64,000 nt of DNA from Amoebophrya sp. A120 (lineage: Eukaryota; Protista; Dinoflagellata), in contig CAJINV010000007.1 in assembly GCA_905178155.1 (NCBI GenBank), positions 1,457,341 through 1,521,340 on the forward strand, read 5' to 3'. The notes beneath the pieces were generated by a model that saw nothing but the letters and a program-made list of their open reading frames with translations, was not told where the DNA came from and ran no database searches. This document shows positions 23,332 through 36,673 of the stretch, piece by piece. Every line of letters begins with the position of its first letter. Within the stretch, counting starts at the first letter, position 1. The position numbers and the translations under genes are program-made.

Positions 23332-25854
23332 ATGAAAAACTGGAGACGTCGTTGTAGTTGTTATTGTTTTATCGAGAAGATGTCCGCCCGCGGCGTGATG
23401 TCCTCTCTGCCGCCGGTGTTCCAGCACCCGGCGAACAATTTCCAAGGACCCCCCATGAGTTTCAAACTGCAAATGGGGGTTTTGCTCTTGAAGTTTCTGC
23501 TTTACCACATCCCCTTCTTCCTCTTTATGTGGTACCTCTGGGTGACGGAGACCTTCATCCCCAACCACTACGCAGACCTCCTGTACGTGTTACCCTTGAG
23601 CATGACGGCTGTCGAAGCGATCCCGTGGAACAAGTGCACGCATCCGAAGAATCTCAAGTACATCTTGCCTTTGCGCGTTTCGTTCCCGTTTCGCTTGGTG
23701 TTCGTCTACATTGTGCAGATTTGCCACATCCACGTCTTGACCTCGTTTTTTCAAGTCGGTGGTACCAAGTCCTCGCTGAGCGGCGGCGGGCCGTGGCACT
23801 TGTTCGGCGCTAGTACAAGTAAAACTTCGTCTGAAGATTCCATCATCGCGACGGAACAAAATTCAGAATCGCGGCCGAGCAAGAAGGCTTTGGGTGGCAT
23901 GATGAAGAAGACCACAAGCCAGCAGGAGCGCCAAGACGGTACTGCTCCGACGTCTGACAGCTCAGGACCGCTACAAGATAGTACAGCAAACAAAAACGGG
24001 AACGGTCCAGGCAACAACAAGGAAATCATTCCATTGCCGGGGGAAGACCCCGTCCCCGCGACACCGAAGTTGAAGACTATGTCGGTCATCCTGCCCTGCG
24101 CCGGCGAGGGCGAGTACGCGTTTAAGACCGCGCGGTCCATTTTTCAGTCGTGGGACATCGCGAAGGGCGACGACGAGAACGACGACCATCCTACCCTCCA
24201 CGAGATTATTGTGGTGGACGACGGGACGCAGCCGAAGTTAGCCGATACGCACCTGCCGGAGCAGGTCACAAAAGACTACCGGATCAAGATTGTCCGGAAC
24301 GACCGGACCGTCGGCTTGATCAACGCGAAGAAGATCGGGGGCGACCACGCGACGGGCGACATTTTGACCTTCTTCGACTGCCACGTGGCACCCCAGAACG
24401 ACTGGTACGTGCATTTTTTCGAGAAAATCAACGAGAACTACAAAAGGATCGTCGTGCCGTCCATCACCGCCTTGGACTTGAACACCTGGAGCCAGCAGGG
24501 CCGGCACGAAGCGGGCGTGGCCAAGTGCTACTTGACGTTCGACGCGGATTTCAAGTGGTTTAACTCGGATGATGACTACGTACCCCTCCTCTCCGGGGGA
24601 TTGCTCTCCATGTCGAAACGGTGGTGGGAGGAGACGGGCGGGTACGACGAATTCATGAAGGGCTGGGGCGGGGAAAACATCGACCAGTCGCTTCGGACCT
24701 GGCTGTGTGGGGGCGAGATGATCACGTTGCCCCACGTGCAGGTGGCGCACATGTGGCGCGTGCACTCCGACCCGCGGACGCAGCGGAAGTATTCCGTCCC
24801 CGGGAACTCCGTCACCGTGAACCGGTTCCGGGCGGCGAAGGCGTGGATGGGGGAGTACGCGCAGAAGATGGAGAACGAGTTCGGGTACGGGCGGGGGCAG
24901 CGGGGGTCGAACTGGTACGGCGATTTGGCGAACTTGCTGTCCGTCAAGCAGTATGGATTGCAAAAATGTCTGGGTCTGGAAGATTCCGAGATTTGTGATG
25001 CATATTTCTCATGACCCATGATGCCTGTAATGCATGACCTAGCATCACAGACTTTTAGAGGGCTTCCTGATATGCCTCCCGCATGAGAAATGCCCTGTCC
25101 GCGTAGCACAATAAACTGGACCCCTCTTGCTGGTCATGCAATACAATTTTTCCTAGAATCCAGAAACAGCGTGATAAGTTGCAAGCTTCCAGACCCAGAC
25201 ATTTTTGCAATCCATAAACAGAAGAACAACTGCCGGGAGTTTGGGTGGTACTTGAACCGGTTCCGCCACGTGTACATCGACGGGGGCTTGATCCCCGAGC
25301 ACACGTTCCTCATCGAGCAGGTCTTCAACGAAAATGGGAAAGTCGCAGGAGCAGCGCAGGAGTCCTCCTCAAGTACTAAAATAAATCAGAAGAAAAAATT
25401 ATGTCTTACCTATTTGCGCGGGTCCGGCACGTCGTCCGATGGGAACGGGGAAGTAGGTTTCAAGGATTGCGACCCGCGAAACGACCGGCAGCGGTGGCAC
25501 TTGGCGAACTACAGGAAGGGGTTGCGTGCGTGGAACACGGACCAGTGTCTGGTCGACCGGGGCCAGAACAAGTTCCAAACCTACATCTGCGACATCTCCG
25601 GGCGGGACATTTCGGAAAATTTCAAATTTTTCCCCGACAGCAGGTACGGCAGCCGCGAGGCGTGGGCGGAGAAGCCGGTCCTCGAGATGGAGAACACGGT
25701 AGGCCAGATGGTGATGGGCATGGGGGAAGCCACCTGCGTGAACCAGTTCGGCGCCAGGTACAGCTGCAAGTCAGATGTGAATCCGGTGTTCCGGCTGCGG
25801 GACTTCAAAGTACCCCTGGAACGGGAACTGTTTGTGAAGCAGGGGTTCGCGTAG
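23332..25854 (+). CDS. GALNT: Polypeptide N-acetylgalactosaminyltransferase (GT-A fold plus ricin-like lectin), ~750 aa, one introner
   Basis: SVILPC, EIIVVDDG, TFFDCHV (DxH), GGYDEFMKGWGGEN, VAHMWR and a C-terminal QRW motif; exons 23332-24951 and 25222-25854. Confidence 0.92.
24952..25216. mobile_element. Introner E13, family B (265 bp)
   Basis: Perfect 31-bp TIR tatggattgcaaaaatgtctgggtctggaag; direct repeat agcag/aacag; removing 270 nt gives SVKQ|KNNCREFGWYL, the conserved ppGalNAc-T linker. Confidence 0.95.
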
Positions 25855-26839
25855 AAGCAGGGTGAGGAAGATGTTCGGTGGAGCTTGCTGGTGTGGTTGT
25901 GTGTTTCTTGTCGATCATCTGAGGAAAAGAGCAGTTGAATGCTGTCACGCCAAGAAGACTTTTTTACGGAGAAAATGTTCTTCCGGAATAAAGAAGTGAT
26001 GAGACGAACATACAAAAACCAGGCACGGCTTGTTTGAGAGCAGGAACCTTTCGCGATTTTGGTGTACCTAGTAAATGCAATGGCAGAGTAGAAAATGAAA
26101 ATGCTTTTTATGTGGAGGTGGAGACTGTAGTGTGGGCATTTCAATGTCGCCTTCCTTCGCGCTTGCTGTTCATGCGCTTGCGCTGTCAAAACTATTATGG
26201 TTGCGATGTTGTTCAACAAGCGCGTCTACCTCCAAGCTGCGTCAAAAAAAGCTTCCACCAGGTAAAGAGATTGACGCGCGCTGAATCCGGTCAAGAGAAG
26301 AAATGAAAAGTCCCGACTTTGTGGCTGACGTTATAATTGATTGCGGGCACAGCCACCTTCACCTAGCATCACTTCGGCTTCATCATTTCAAAAAAATCTC
26401 GGTCTTTGCACTTTTCGTAGAAAATTCTGTCGGGGCACACAAAAAATCTCGGTCTTTCCGAAATAAAGAATTCGTACACTCACATCGTCCATCACGATTT
26501 TTCTTGTGCCATCTACAGCTTCATTCGTCCAACACCTTTCGTCCGTGGTCGAGCGTTCGAGACTGACTACTCGTGCAAGAGCTGAATCTCACTGTCACAA
26601 CCTCCTCAACATCTGTTAGCAGTGAAATTCGTTGTCACGTCTCTCACACTCCCCTGTAGACAACATCACACTCACACGCTGTGTGGTTGTCTCACGACTA
26701 CAATCTCTAATCTATTGTCATCACTGTTTCATCACATCCGAAGGTACATAAGTATTAGGTTGAGATGAAGTACTTAATTCGTTCCTACTCTCTCAAGAAC
26801 TCCTAATATTCGACAAAAAGCCTTCACCTTTATCCGAAA

Positions 26840-29800
26840 ATGCCGACGAAGCCGAAGGAGCGCAAGGACCTCGGCAACGTGGACATCGGGGACTTCAACC
26901 GGGATGTCTATCAAAACGAGAAGGAGCTGGACGCGGCCGGCCAGGCCGTGGCCCGGGAAAACGCCATGCTGTCGGGCGCGGTCCTGCTGGTCGGGGTGCA
27001 AACCGCGATCGAAAACGGCGCCCTGGAGGACACGTGCGACGCGGTTGCCGGCCTGGAGCAATTCGCCAAGGACGGCGCGGAACTGGCCAAGCCGGTGCTG
27101 GAGTTTCTCCGGGACGGTGCGGCGCAAATCGCCGCGGAACTGAACGAGGAGAATCTGAAACTGCTTTTGAACGCCTGCAAAAATCTGGGGGAAATGGGAC
27201 TCGAGGCCTTTCAGGTAGGGACGGATTTGGTTTTTGCATCGGACGATCGACATTTTGATACGTTTAGTAGATGTTCATATGATGAACATGAAGATCATTT
27301 GTTGATGCATATTCATATTCTCGATGACCACAGCACTAGCACTAGCAGCTGCAGCACGTGCGCCGTCGTGTTACAGATGATCACAGCACTTCTCAATCTG
27401 TACATCTGAAAATAAACGAAAAACCCAGGTTCTCGGCGCCAAGATCGCGGAGGGTGCGCAGGCGGCCGGCAAGGCGATCGAGTCCATCGATTGGGAGACC
27501 CTCGGGTCCGACGCCGCTGCCATGGCCAAAGCCGCCGGCGAGGCGATGAAGGAGGCGGGCCGGACCGCCGGAAAGCTGATGTCCGACGCGTGGGAGCAGC
27601 TGACCGCCGACGAAAAGACGGAGGCCGCGGGCGGCGACGAGGAGAAGGCGAGCGGCATCAGTAAGGGCTTGGAGGAACTGTCCAAGACCGGGTCCGGGCT
27701 GGCGGCCGACGCGATCGAGGTGTTAGGGAACGTGTTGGAGAAGATGAAGGACGAGGCGGTCAATTTGTTGCAGAAGGCGGTCGGGGTCCTCGCCCGCGCG
27801 GGAATCGACGACATGTTCAAGCAGCTGTGGGAGAAGCTGTCGGAGCTCGTCGGGCAACTGGCCGAAGCCGGCCGCGCGGTCGCGCCGGTGGTGCTGGAAA
27901 ACATCGGGTCGGCGGTGGACGTGGTCCAGGACTTCGGCGCGGAGATGATGAACGGCGCCGCCGCGGAGGCCGCGCGGGAGAACGCGGCGGCGGCGGCCGG
28001 GATCCTGCTCGGCGCGCTGGAACAGGTGCCGGACGTGGCGGAGGACGCGGTTAGCGCTTTAAACAAGATGAAATCCGACGCCGCACCCTTGGTCGGGAAG
28101 GCGCTGGAGCAGGTGAAGGGCGTCCTGGATGCGGCGGTCGCGAAGTTGGCGGATGTGGACGTGGACAAACTGCAAAAAGCGGTCGCGTACGCCGCGCAGT
28201 CCGGGATGGCGGGGATGCAGGACTTGTTCGCGGCCTTGAGCAGTGTTGTGGGCGCCGCGATTTCCGCGGGCAGACAGGCCTTGTCCCAGGTGGAGATGCC
28301 GGACCTCGAGCAGTTCAAACCGCTTTTGCAGAACGGCGCCGCCATCGTCGCGTTCGTGGCGCTCGCGCCCGTCGGGCTGACCGCGGCGATCGGCATTGCG
28401 GCGGCGGAGCTCGCGAAGGACGACGTGAAGAAGGCGGGAAAGATGATGCTGGAGGCGCTGGACAAACTGTACGCCGAGGGCCAGGAGGTCTCGGAAGACG
28501 CGTACAACGCGGTGAAGCAGATGGCCGAGGAGGGCGCGGCTCTGTCGGGCGAGGCGGCGACCGCGGTGTCCGGCGCGGTGGCCGGGTTGCTGGAGAAGAT
28601 CCCGGACGTGGACGTGGAGGACCTGCAGCGCGCGGTCGGCGCCGCGGCGAAGGCGGGCATCGAGGGCATGCAGCAGCTGTGGGACGTGTTGTCCGAGGCG
28701 GTGGACGCCGCCGTCGCCGCCGGCCGCGAACTGGCTAAGGTCGACTGGGAGTCCATCGTGGTCGCCGGCGGCGACTTCATGGCCCAGGGCGCGGAGATCG
28801 CGGCCAAGGGCTTCGGGGAGCTGGGCGACGTGTACAAGGTGGCGCGGTCCGAAGTCACCGACGCGATCAACGCGTTGGCGGGCGCGACGGTCACCGGCTG
28901 CGCCGCGTGCATGGACTTGATCAAACTCGAGATCTTCCGCGACGTGTTCCAGGCCCTCGGTCTCTTCTTCTCCAAACTCTTCGCCGGGCTGTCCGAGGGC
29001 GCGGGCGCGGTCGGGGCGGCAATCTGGGGGTTCGTCGGGAACCTGATCGCGATTGACTGGGGCGCGATGATTCCGGTGGAAACGCTGATCATCATTGGCA
29101 TCGTTCTGTTAGTCATCGTGGCGGTGCTCGTCGTCATTTCCTTCGCATACTTCCTCTACGTCGCCATCACGCAGCAACAGGACGAACTGCGCGAGGGCCA
29201 CGAGGCGGAATCGTGGTCGGACAAGAAGAAGACGCAGGGGCGGAAGGTCTGGTTCATGACCCAGGTGCTGACCGCGGCGTTGAGTATCTACCTACCTTTG
29301 ACTCGTACCTGCATTGAGATTCTGTACTGCGATGTGCCGTTTGACCACCAGTTGAAGGACGGACTGAAGGAGGACATGTTTCGGTGCGACAGCGGCCTGA
29401 TGACGGGGATCGCGTACTTCTTCGGAATCTTCTTCGTCATTCCGTTACCAATCCTCGCCTTCTGGCTGATCTCGAAGAACAAGCCGCAGGGCTCGCCCGA
29501 AAACCCGGATCTCACCTACGACGACGACGGCATCGAGGTGGAATTCACCGACAAACTGTACCACGAACGCGTCATGACCGATCCGGACCAGATTGCTTGG
29601 TATATGGTTCTTCTTTTAGATAGATGTTTTGAATGCCGATTGTGATTTTTTGCTTCTGGATCTACAGTAGTTATTTGGGCACGACATTCAGACTCCGTCT
29701 TCCTTCTGCAGCTTGTGTGTTCATCCAGGGGAGCGTGAATTGCGATTTTATTCGAAAAAATAAAGAAAATATTCTAGGCGTTTCCGCTCCTGAGAGTGAG

Positions 29801-31943
29801 ACCTAAATGAGTCTAATCACCCTACAACTCCTACAGCCCCTACCGCTCCCTGTACATGGGGTTCGAGCGCAAGGCAGCCTGGTACAAGGTCGCCATGATG
29901 TTGTTCAAGCTCGCGCTGGTGCTGCCCGTGATTTTTCTCGCGAAGAAGTGGGACACCGCAGCCGCGCAGACCTCAGGCACAACGAGCGCGCCGGAAATGA
30001 AGGGCATCATCATTTACGATCAGTACCAGAAATGCATCGACAACCCAACTTCTTACCTCGACTTTACCGGACTGAGCCCAGGGGACGTCAAAATCACCGT
30101 CAGCCTCCACTACAGCATAAATAACCCGGGTGCTGTCGCAGATTTCAGCAAAGACGCCGCGGGCTGCAACGACCTCTTCAAGGACGCGTTCAGCATCGAG
30201 GACACCCCGGCGCAGGGGGGCGCGACCTTCGGTGTGGTCTTCGCTTTCGCGCTCCTGTCCTTCTACTTCACCCCCTTCGTGGACCCCAACAGCGACCGCA
30301 TGGACATCATGGGCCGGGTCGCCATGTCGGCCACCACCCTGATTGCGGTGATCTACGCCACGGGCGTGAAGCAGGGCAGCGGCGGGGACATGGTGCTAGG
30401 GATCGCGCTGAACGTCGTGAACGCAATCAACTTCATTTACCTGACCTTCTGCATTGTCACCGGGTTTCCCTGCATCCGGTCGTGGTGGAAGAACAAGATC
30501 GGGCGGATCGACTTCTCCGACACGAGTTTCAAAAACCTCCGTTTTCTCTCCTGTAAAGAAGCAGTCCCGGACTGGGACCTGTACCGCGAGATCAAGCACC
30601 GCATCTGGCACGCGTTTTGGAACACGGTGTTGTTAAATGCCTGCGGGGAGGAGGTCGCGGCCCGGATGCTGGAGCTGAAGGAAAAAACCCGGCAGTTCGG
30701 CATCGAGAAGATCAAGATGCACTGGGCCGGGTTCAAGGACCCCAAGACCTTCGCCATGCGCATGGAGGCGCGGAAGCAGTACGAGGGGGTGGATCTGTAC
30801 TGGGACGATGCGACGGGACCCTTGGACAAGAATCTGGACTCCGCCAGTTGCTTCGGGAAGATGTACATTGACCCCTACCCGTTCCACATGGTGATGGTCT
30901 ACGACGACTGCGACGACGTGGCCTTTCTGTGGGGCCCGGAGAAACTGGAGCAGTTTTTGAACCTGCAGAAGCGGGAGGACATTGTGGCCAAGGTGTACAA
31001 CCGGCGCCGGTTCCGCGGGCTGTCGTTGTCTGGCGGCGAATTCGAGCTCCCCTTCTCCCGGCAGGAGTCCGAGACCGTGCCCGATGGTACGAGAACGGTG
31101 ACGGACAAGGACGGAAATTCGCACCAGGAGCAGGTGTTTTCGACGGTCACTTTCGAGTGTTACTACACGAACGGGGCCGTCAACGTGGGCGCGAACACGG
31201 ACAAGAAGTTTGCCGCGGGGTTCGACGTCTCCATGACGTACCGCGATGGGTACGGCGACGCGATCAAACCGCGCACGTGCGAGCCGGTGCATTTCTCCAA
31301 CAGGGTGGCGACCCTGGGCCGCGACCACGTGGGCCTGGACTCGTCCTTCGACCTGACGGACCGCATGAACGAGGTGTTCGCCGCCTCCCAGCATTTGTGG
31401 GAGCCCCAGCTGGAGCCTCTGCAGGAGGCCGCGCAGGCGTACCGGTCCGACCTGGTCGCCAGTTTCGAAGCGAAAAAGGGGATTTTGCACAACGGCTTCT
31501 GGTACTACGTCTACAACAACAGCCAGATCTCCCGGAAGGAGCTGCTCCAGTACATCAACGACTATGAAACCAACCCGACACTGAAAACCTTCCCGACGGA
31601 CCACCAGGCGGGGCTGAACTTCCTCTTCCTCCGCATGCAGGCGGTGAAGCACCCGGTGGCGGCCTTCTGGTTCTGTTTGTGGGACGACATTTGGGAGGAA
31701 AACAAGGACATGGCGGCCTTGAAGGATTTGGAGGACGACATCGCGCCCACGAGCGGGAACTCCATCGCCTACCGTCCGATGGAACGGGAGAAGCTGCAGC
31801 AGTGGCTCGAGGAACGCAACCTGTGGGGCGGCACCAGCCAGGGCTGCTGCTGCTGCGGGGACTACCTGTTCACCGAGGCCATGCTGGACGTCATCTACGA
31901 GCGGTTTGAAAAGGAGAAACAGGGAGTGGCCGCCGGGGTGTAG
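26840..31943 (+). CDS. Hypothetical multi-pass membrane protein (~1550 aa) with an Ala-rich helical N-terminal half
   Basis: Exons 26840-27214, 27429-29599, 29837-31943 joined by GT-AG introns 27215-27428 and 29600-29836, both in frame; strong GC3 bias; several hydrophobic helices. Confidence 0.82.
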
Positions 31944-33536
31944 TAGTCGAAGAGCCGCGTCTGGTCTCGGAAGATGACTGTTGGTGCTGAGGAGCGCTGA
32001 TCGTTTTATTTCAGGGTCTGTTTAATATCATTGTCTTCGTTCATGGATGTGTACCTGCCGCATTAAATTTTCGCGTACATGTGCAACTTTTTAAAAGCAA
32101 AATGATAATAGTACAGCATGATACAGACAACTGTAGCTCGTCTTCTTTCACAATACAATAGATACAGAGAATACTTTTACGTGCTTGCAATAGAAGAAAA
32201 AAAGGAAAATAAGTAATAAGTCGATATGTGGGTCAACGATTTATATGGTAAAAGTCGCTAGCTCTACTAGCGGAAGCGGACGAAAACAAGTATTGTCCAC
32301 CAGCTCGAGTTACCCAGAAAAACCCGCTCGTGTATGATTTGATAGTAGCACTATTAGCAAGAATGGGATCTAATTTTCGTGTTACCCTTGACAACTTCTC
32401 CCCTTGCACAGTGACATCAGAGGTTCGAGTCGCATCATCTGAGATTGATAAGAATAAACAAGCTCCTTGTAGCTTGTTTACTTTTTTTTTTATTGACGTT
32501 TTTAGTTCGCAAGTCGTAGCATGTCGTGCTGTACCCTGACTAAGACATGCTCTAAACGTTGAACTTGAACCAGGTCCCAACCCATTGCACGCTCCCCCCC
32601 CAGTGCAGTTAGATGATGATGATGATGATGATGACATACAGCACTCCTGTTTCAGTAATTCTTGCCTGCGCAGGTGCCTTTTCACTAGCTTTCTATGTAT
32701 ATGTCTCGGCGGACTAGTACAGCGCTTGCTTTTCGTTTGCAAGGACAAAGACTGTTGCAGGGCGGCTGCCTCGCCTGGTTGTTCTTCACACCTTGACAGG
32801 GGAAAAAAAGAAAAATTGATTGCTGTAGGTCCCGTTTCTGCTGAAAATGCAAATGGCAAGGAAAGATCCTTGTCCAGATGGTGCTGGAGTGGGTACTATT
32901 TCGGTCAGACGACTACAGGCCTTGTAGACTTTGTCGACACAAGTACTTGATGTGAGAAAGTAATTCGGTCGTGCATATTCGTTTTTTTCGTTCATCGTTC
33001 GTCGTGCGTCGTTCTTCTTGGTTGTGTTTTTGATGTCTTTACGTGGTTATTGAGCATCGTGATTGTTTTCGTGCTCTGCAACCGTTCGTACACGCGTTTT
33101 TCATTCGCAGCGCGGGCTTTTGCACTCGCAACACCTTTGATAATTTCGAAACAAACTACGTTTTCACGACCTTGCTACAGTTTTATCCCTAGTACATGAT
33201 CCTTACAATCTTTTAGACGGACCTCGTAGCCGCGCCCCAAACCACTTCTAGAAGGAAAGGCTAAATACGACGTACCCCTGTCGAGGACTCCATTTTTTAT
33301 CTTCGTTTTTTCCGGTTATTCTCCTGCCCGCTGATTTGTCCTTTTGCTTTTTCGCGATCTTCGCAGACAGTTAATATCTTTCCGACTTCCACTTCTAGTA
33401 CTTGCAGCTGGTGTAGTATTAGTTACCCCACTTCCAGCAAGGGTGTTAGTCAGGTCAATTTAGAGCATCCCTTCATTTGCCACTTCGACGCCTGCTGTGG
33501 GGCATATATTAGCTCGTCACACGACCCGGCAAAAAT

Positions 33537-34544
33537 ATGGCGGACGGGAACGAGGCGACTGCAGTACAACCTCCACAGCCTGCGATCACGACCAATTCGG
33601 CCGCTGTTCCACCTGAGCTCGACAAGAAGAACTCCGCGCCGCCCCCACGACAGTTGCACCGGGGCCCGAGCAAGGAAGACGTGGAAATTGCGCAGCGGTG
33701 GAAGAAGGAAATCGAGCAGATCGAGGTAAAGGAAGAGTTGAAAGTGGTCAAAAATCTGTTCGGGGGAAGGAAATCCACCAAAGAACGGACAAAATCGATC
33801 GTCGAAAGAACTTCATCGGAAGAACGGACTGGGGCAGCAGCTCCTTCCAACAATTCCGCAAAAGAAGAACGCGAACAAGAAGACGACAGCTTTACCTTCA
33901 GCCGGTCCCTGCCCCGGGAAACGAGCGACGACAGTAGCTGGCAAATCAACACGAAGGAAATAGATGCGGATGGAGGAGGTGGTCAAGAAAAGCCGGGCGA
34001 TAGTACCGCATCGAATCTGGATGCAACGCGGCTGAATCTAGTTGCAATTTTGAATCAGGATAAGAACAGTAATTTGGAAGATTTTGACGTCGACGTGGGG
34101 ACACTGGTACACACGGTGGAACGCGAGGATTTTTCAGTCGAGGAGCGGGAGGATGCTCAGACGGACGCGGATTCTCAGGCTGAAGAAGCCGAGTCAGATA
34201 TTAATCTGAGTAACCACGACGAGGACCCGATGAAATTCAATGACCCCAACCCAGACGCCTACCGTCCAGAGACCGTGAAGATTATTCAGAAACAGGTTGA
34301 CGCAGCCTTTGTGTCTTTGTGCAAGCAGACTTTTTCCAAAGCGTTAGACCGGATCAAGCTCTATCACCAGGACGCGGATAGGCTCAGACAGTGCCGGGAG
34401 AGGCAGGCAGTCAGGGAGAGGAGGAAAAGGGAGGCGAAGTTGATGGGAAGTACTTCTACTGCTTCTTCTTTTATGGGGCGTGGTGGGAGAAGAAATTCAA
34501 GTACAAATAAGCCAGGCGGTGGCGGGAGTAGTAGCAGTAGTTGA
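33537..34544 (+). CDS. Hypothetical acidic/coiled-coil protein (335 aa)
   Basis: Single ATG-initiated ORF with coding-like composition, co-oriented with its neighbours. Confidence 0.65.
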   Translation: MADGNEATAVQPPQPAITTNSAAVPPELDKKNSAPPPRQLHRGPSKEDVEIAQRWKKEIEQIEVKEELKVVKNLFGGRKSTKERTKSIVERTSSEERTGAAAPSNNSAKEEREQEDDSFTFSRSLPRETSDDSSWQINTKEIDADGGGGQEKPGDSTASNLDATRLNLVAILNQDKNSNLEDFDVDVGTLVHTVEREDFSVEEREDAQTDADSQAEEAESDINLSNHDEDPMKFNDPNPDAYRPETVKIIQKQVDAAFVSLCKQTFSKALDRIKLYHQDADRLRQCRERQAVRERRKREAKLMGSTSTASSFMGRGGRRNSSTNKPGGGGSSSSS

Positions 34545-35710
34545 TTTTTTTTTCTATCATTTACCCTCCGTCTCCGTCCGCCTTCTAGATTAGGAGACGA
34601 GATGATTGATGGGGAGTAGATCAGATCATGGAGCGTAGTGAAAAACAAGGCATTGTCTTATTGCGATAAACTGAACCCGTGCAAAGATTTGCGAAGTGAA
34701 TTATCGCTTCTAGATTTTTTTTTGGTCCGCAAATGAGTCTTATCTCGTGGAACGCCGGAATCGTCCCCAATAGACTCTCAGATCATGTTGAAACAGTACA
34801 AGAAAGCGACAGCGCGGTGATCGCGCCACAGTGTTCAAAGCTATCAAGGAAATCGACAAAAGTAGGATGTACAACCGCAACAATTTTTGTATCCAGCACG
34901 AGAAAGAAAGAGTAACAGTTCAACAGTCGATCTTTTTCTTGGTGCACATGAATTTTATGCGCCGATCCATTTGTACTTGCAGTAAGGGCATTAAGAGCAA
35001 GAAGATGAAGTTGTAATTCTAAATACTAAAAACACGAGAACGCAGGACACAGAAACACTGTACCCGGCAGAATGATCACGTCGTTGAGTCGCGAAACGAC
35101 GTAAGTAATTTATAGGAAAAAAAAGCAAGTAGCTGCTAGCTAATGGCAAGCTTATTTCCGTTCACAGAAGTTCCGCGAATACGTACTGTAAGATCATGGC
35201 AATTCGATCTTCTTGTGTATGATAGTAATTTGTGCGCTGGCAATATTGGATCTTTGATAATCTGATCGCGGCGCGTTTTGGTGAAAAAAGAGATGCTTAC
35301 GTTTTTACCCAAAAGATAAGCCCAACTGATGACGAACTAAAAAACAACGGGGATTTTCTCTAAGAATCCGCAAATTCACTTTATTTCTCGCGTGAGCACG
35401 TATACTGCTTGCTTTTATTGTTTCTCGACTTGTACAATCTACTAGTACTACGCATTGCATTGTGTGTCTGTTTCGCTCTTGATCCACCCCTTCTAGAGCG
35501 TCAATCGATCTCAAACTGCATAAATACTAAAAAAAACTTCAACAAAAAAATTTTAGGGAGCGTGGTGCCACGAGGTAGAACTACTTTTAGTTCTGAGACC
35601 ACCGACGGAGCTGTATATATAATTGCATCTTTCATTATCTTTATCGAAGAAGCCCGGACAGGTAGTTACTGGTTTACAGCAGCTTTGATAAAGGAAAAAT
35701 AAGGATCAAG

Positions 35711-36166
35711 ATGACGAAGCAGACCGGTGTGGTGGCGAAGTGGTTGAACCACAAGGGCATTGGATTTATTACGCCCGACAGCGTGAAGGAGAAGGGCGAC
35801 GCGGACTCCAACGCCAGCGATATTCTGGTGCACTTCCAGCACATTCAGCAGACTTCTGAGGACGGTTTTAAGTCGCTGCAGGAGGGGTCCCATGTTGAGT
35901 ATGACTTGGAGGACGACCCGAAGCACCCGGGTGAGAAGATGATCGCGATCAACGTGACCGGACCGGGCGGTGTTGACTGCACCCCGAAGCGCAAGGGCGG
36001 CCAGGGCGGCGGCGCCGGCAACCCGGGGGGTAAGCCCAACAACAACAAGGGAAAGAAGGGAAAGGGCAAGGGAAAAAAGGGAAAGAAGGGCAAGGGCAAG
36101 GGAAAGGGTGGTTACGGCGCCAGCAGCAGCGACACCTACGAAGGCGAGGGGGAGCAACAGGAGTAA
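35711..36166 (+). CDS. Cold-shock domain protein with Gly/Lys-rich tail
   Basis: TGVVAKWLNHKGIGFITPD (RNP1-like), DILVHFQHI (RNP2-like), GFKSLQEGSHVEY, AINVTGPGG. Confidence 0.93.
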   Translation: MTKQTGVVAKWLNHKGIGFITPDSVKEKGDADSNASDILVHFQHIQQTSEDGFKSLQEGSHVEYDLEDDPKHPGEKMIAINVTGPGGVDCTPKRKGGQGGGAGNPGGKPNNNKGKKGKGKGKKGKKGKGKGKGGYGASSSDTYEGEGEQQE

Positions 36167-36620
36167 GTATTTATAGAGCTGTTCTTTGTAGTTCTTCTTG
36201 TCCGCATAAAGTAACTACGTACACTGAAACTGTTTCAAATACAACTAACGAACCTGCTGTCTGTAGTTGGCCAACGACTGCCGTGGTAGTGAATGATTTT
36301 TTTATGAAGATGATGCTGTATCCAATGGGTAAAAAATAAAAAACTCCTGCTCATCTACAGGTACTGAAAGTTCTCTACTTCTCAGGACGAACGTCTGGAC
36401 AAGTGAACAAGAAAACTGCATCAAGCGGATGGGGTGGTATTAAGTCACAACAACAAGCGCTAGTAGTAACTAGAGTTTGATGTTGAAAATCATAGAAATC
36501 GGGCGACCGCGACAAAGTAAGTATTTGTTTCCGCCGGCCAGCAAGTAGAGCAAGGAATTTTTTTACTCGAGGCATGAAGAATTAATTTCCGCAGGGAGGA
36601 GCACCACGAGTGGAACACTA

Positions 36621-36673
36621 ACCGAGACGATGTTAAGAAAAGGGACCACCGAGACGATGTTAAGAAAAGGGAC
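36621..36673. repeat. Tandem duplication of 26 bp
   Basis: accgagacgatgttaagaaaagggac at 36621-36646 and 36648-36673. Confidence 0.85.

Noticed and set aside
10576-25221. Canonical GT-AG splicing of E6 (10576-10876) and E13 (24951-25221)
   Set aside because: Those intervals are 301 and 271 nt, one base too long, and would frameshift the downstream exons, including the ppGalNAc-T lectin domain.
27371-29137. 588-aa minus-strand ORF and similar long antisense ORFs (for example 30633..31652, 24238..24963)
   Set aside because: They are shadows of GC3-rich + strand genes and show no domain signal.
32233-32950. ORFs around the (GAT)n run near 32612-32634
   Set aside because: Non-ATG starts, no codon bias and no domain; treated as intergenic.
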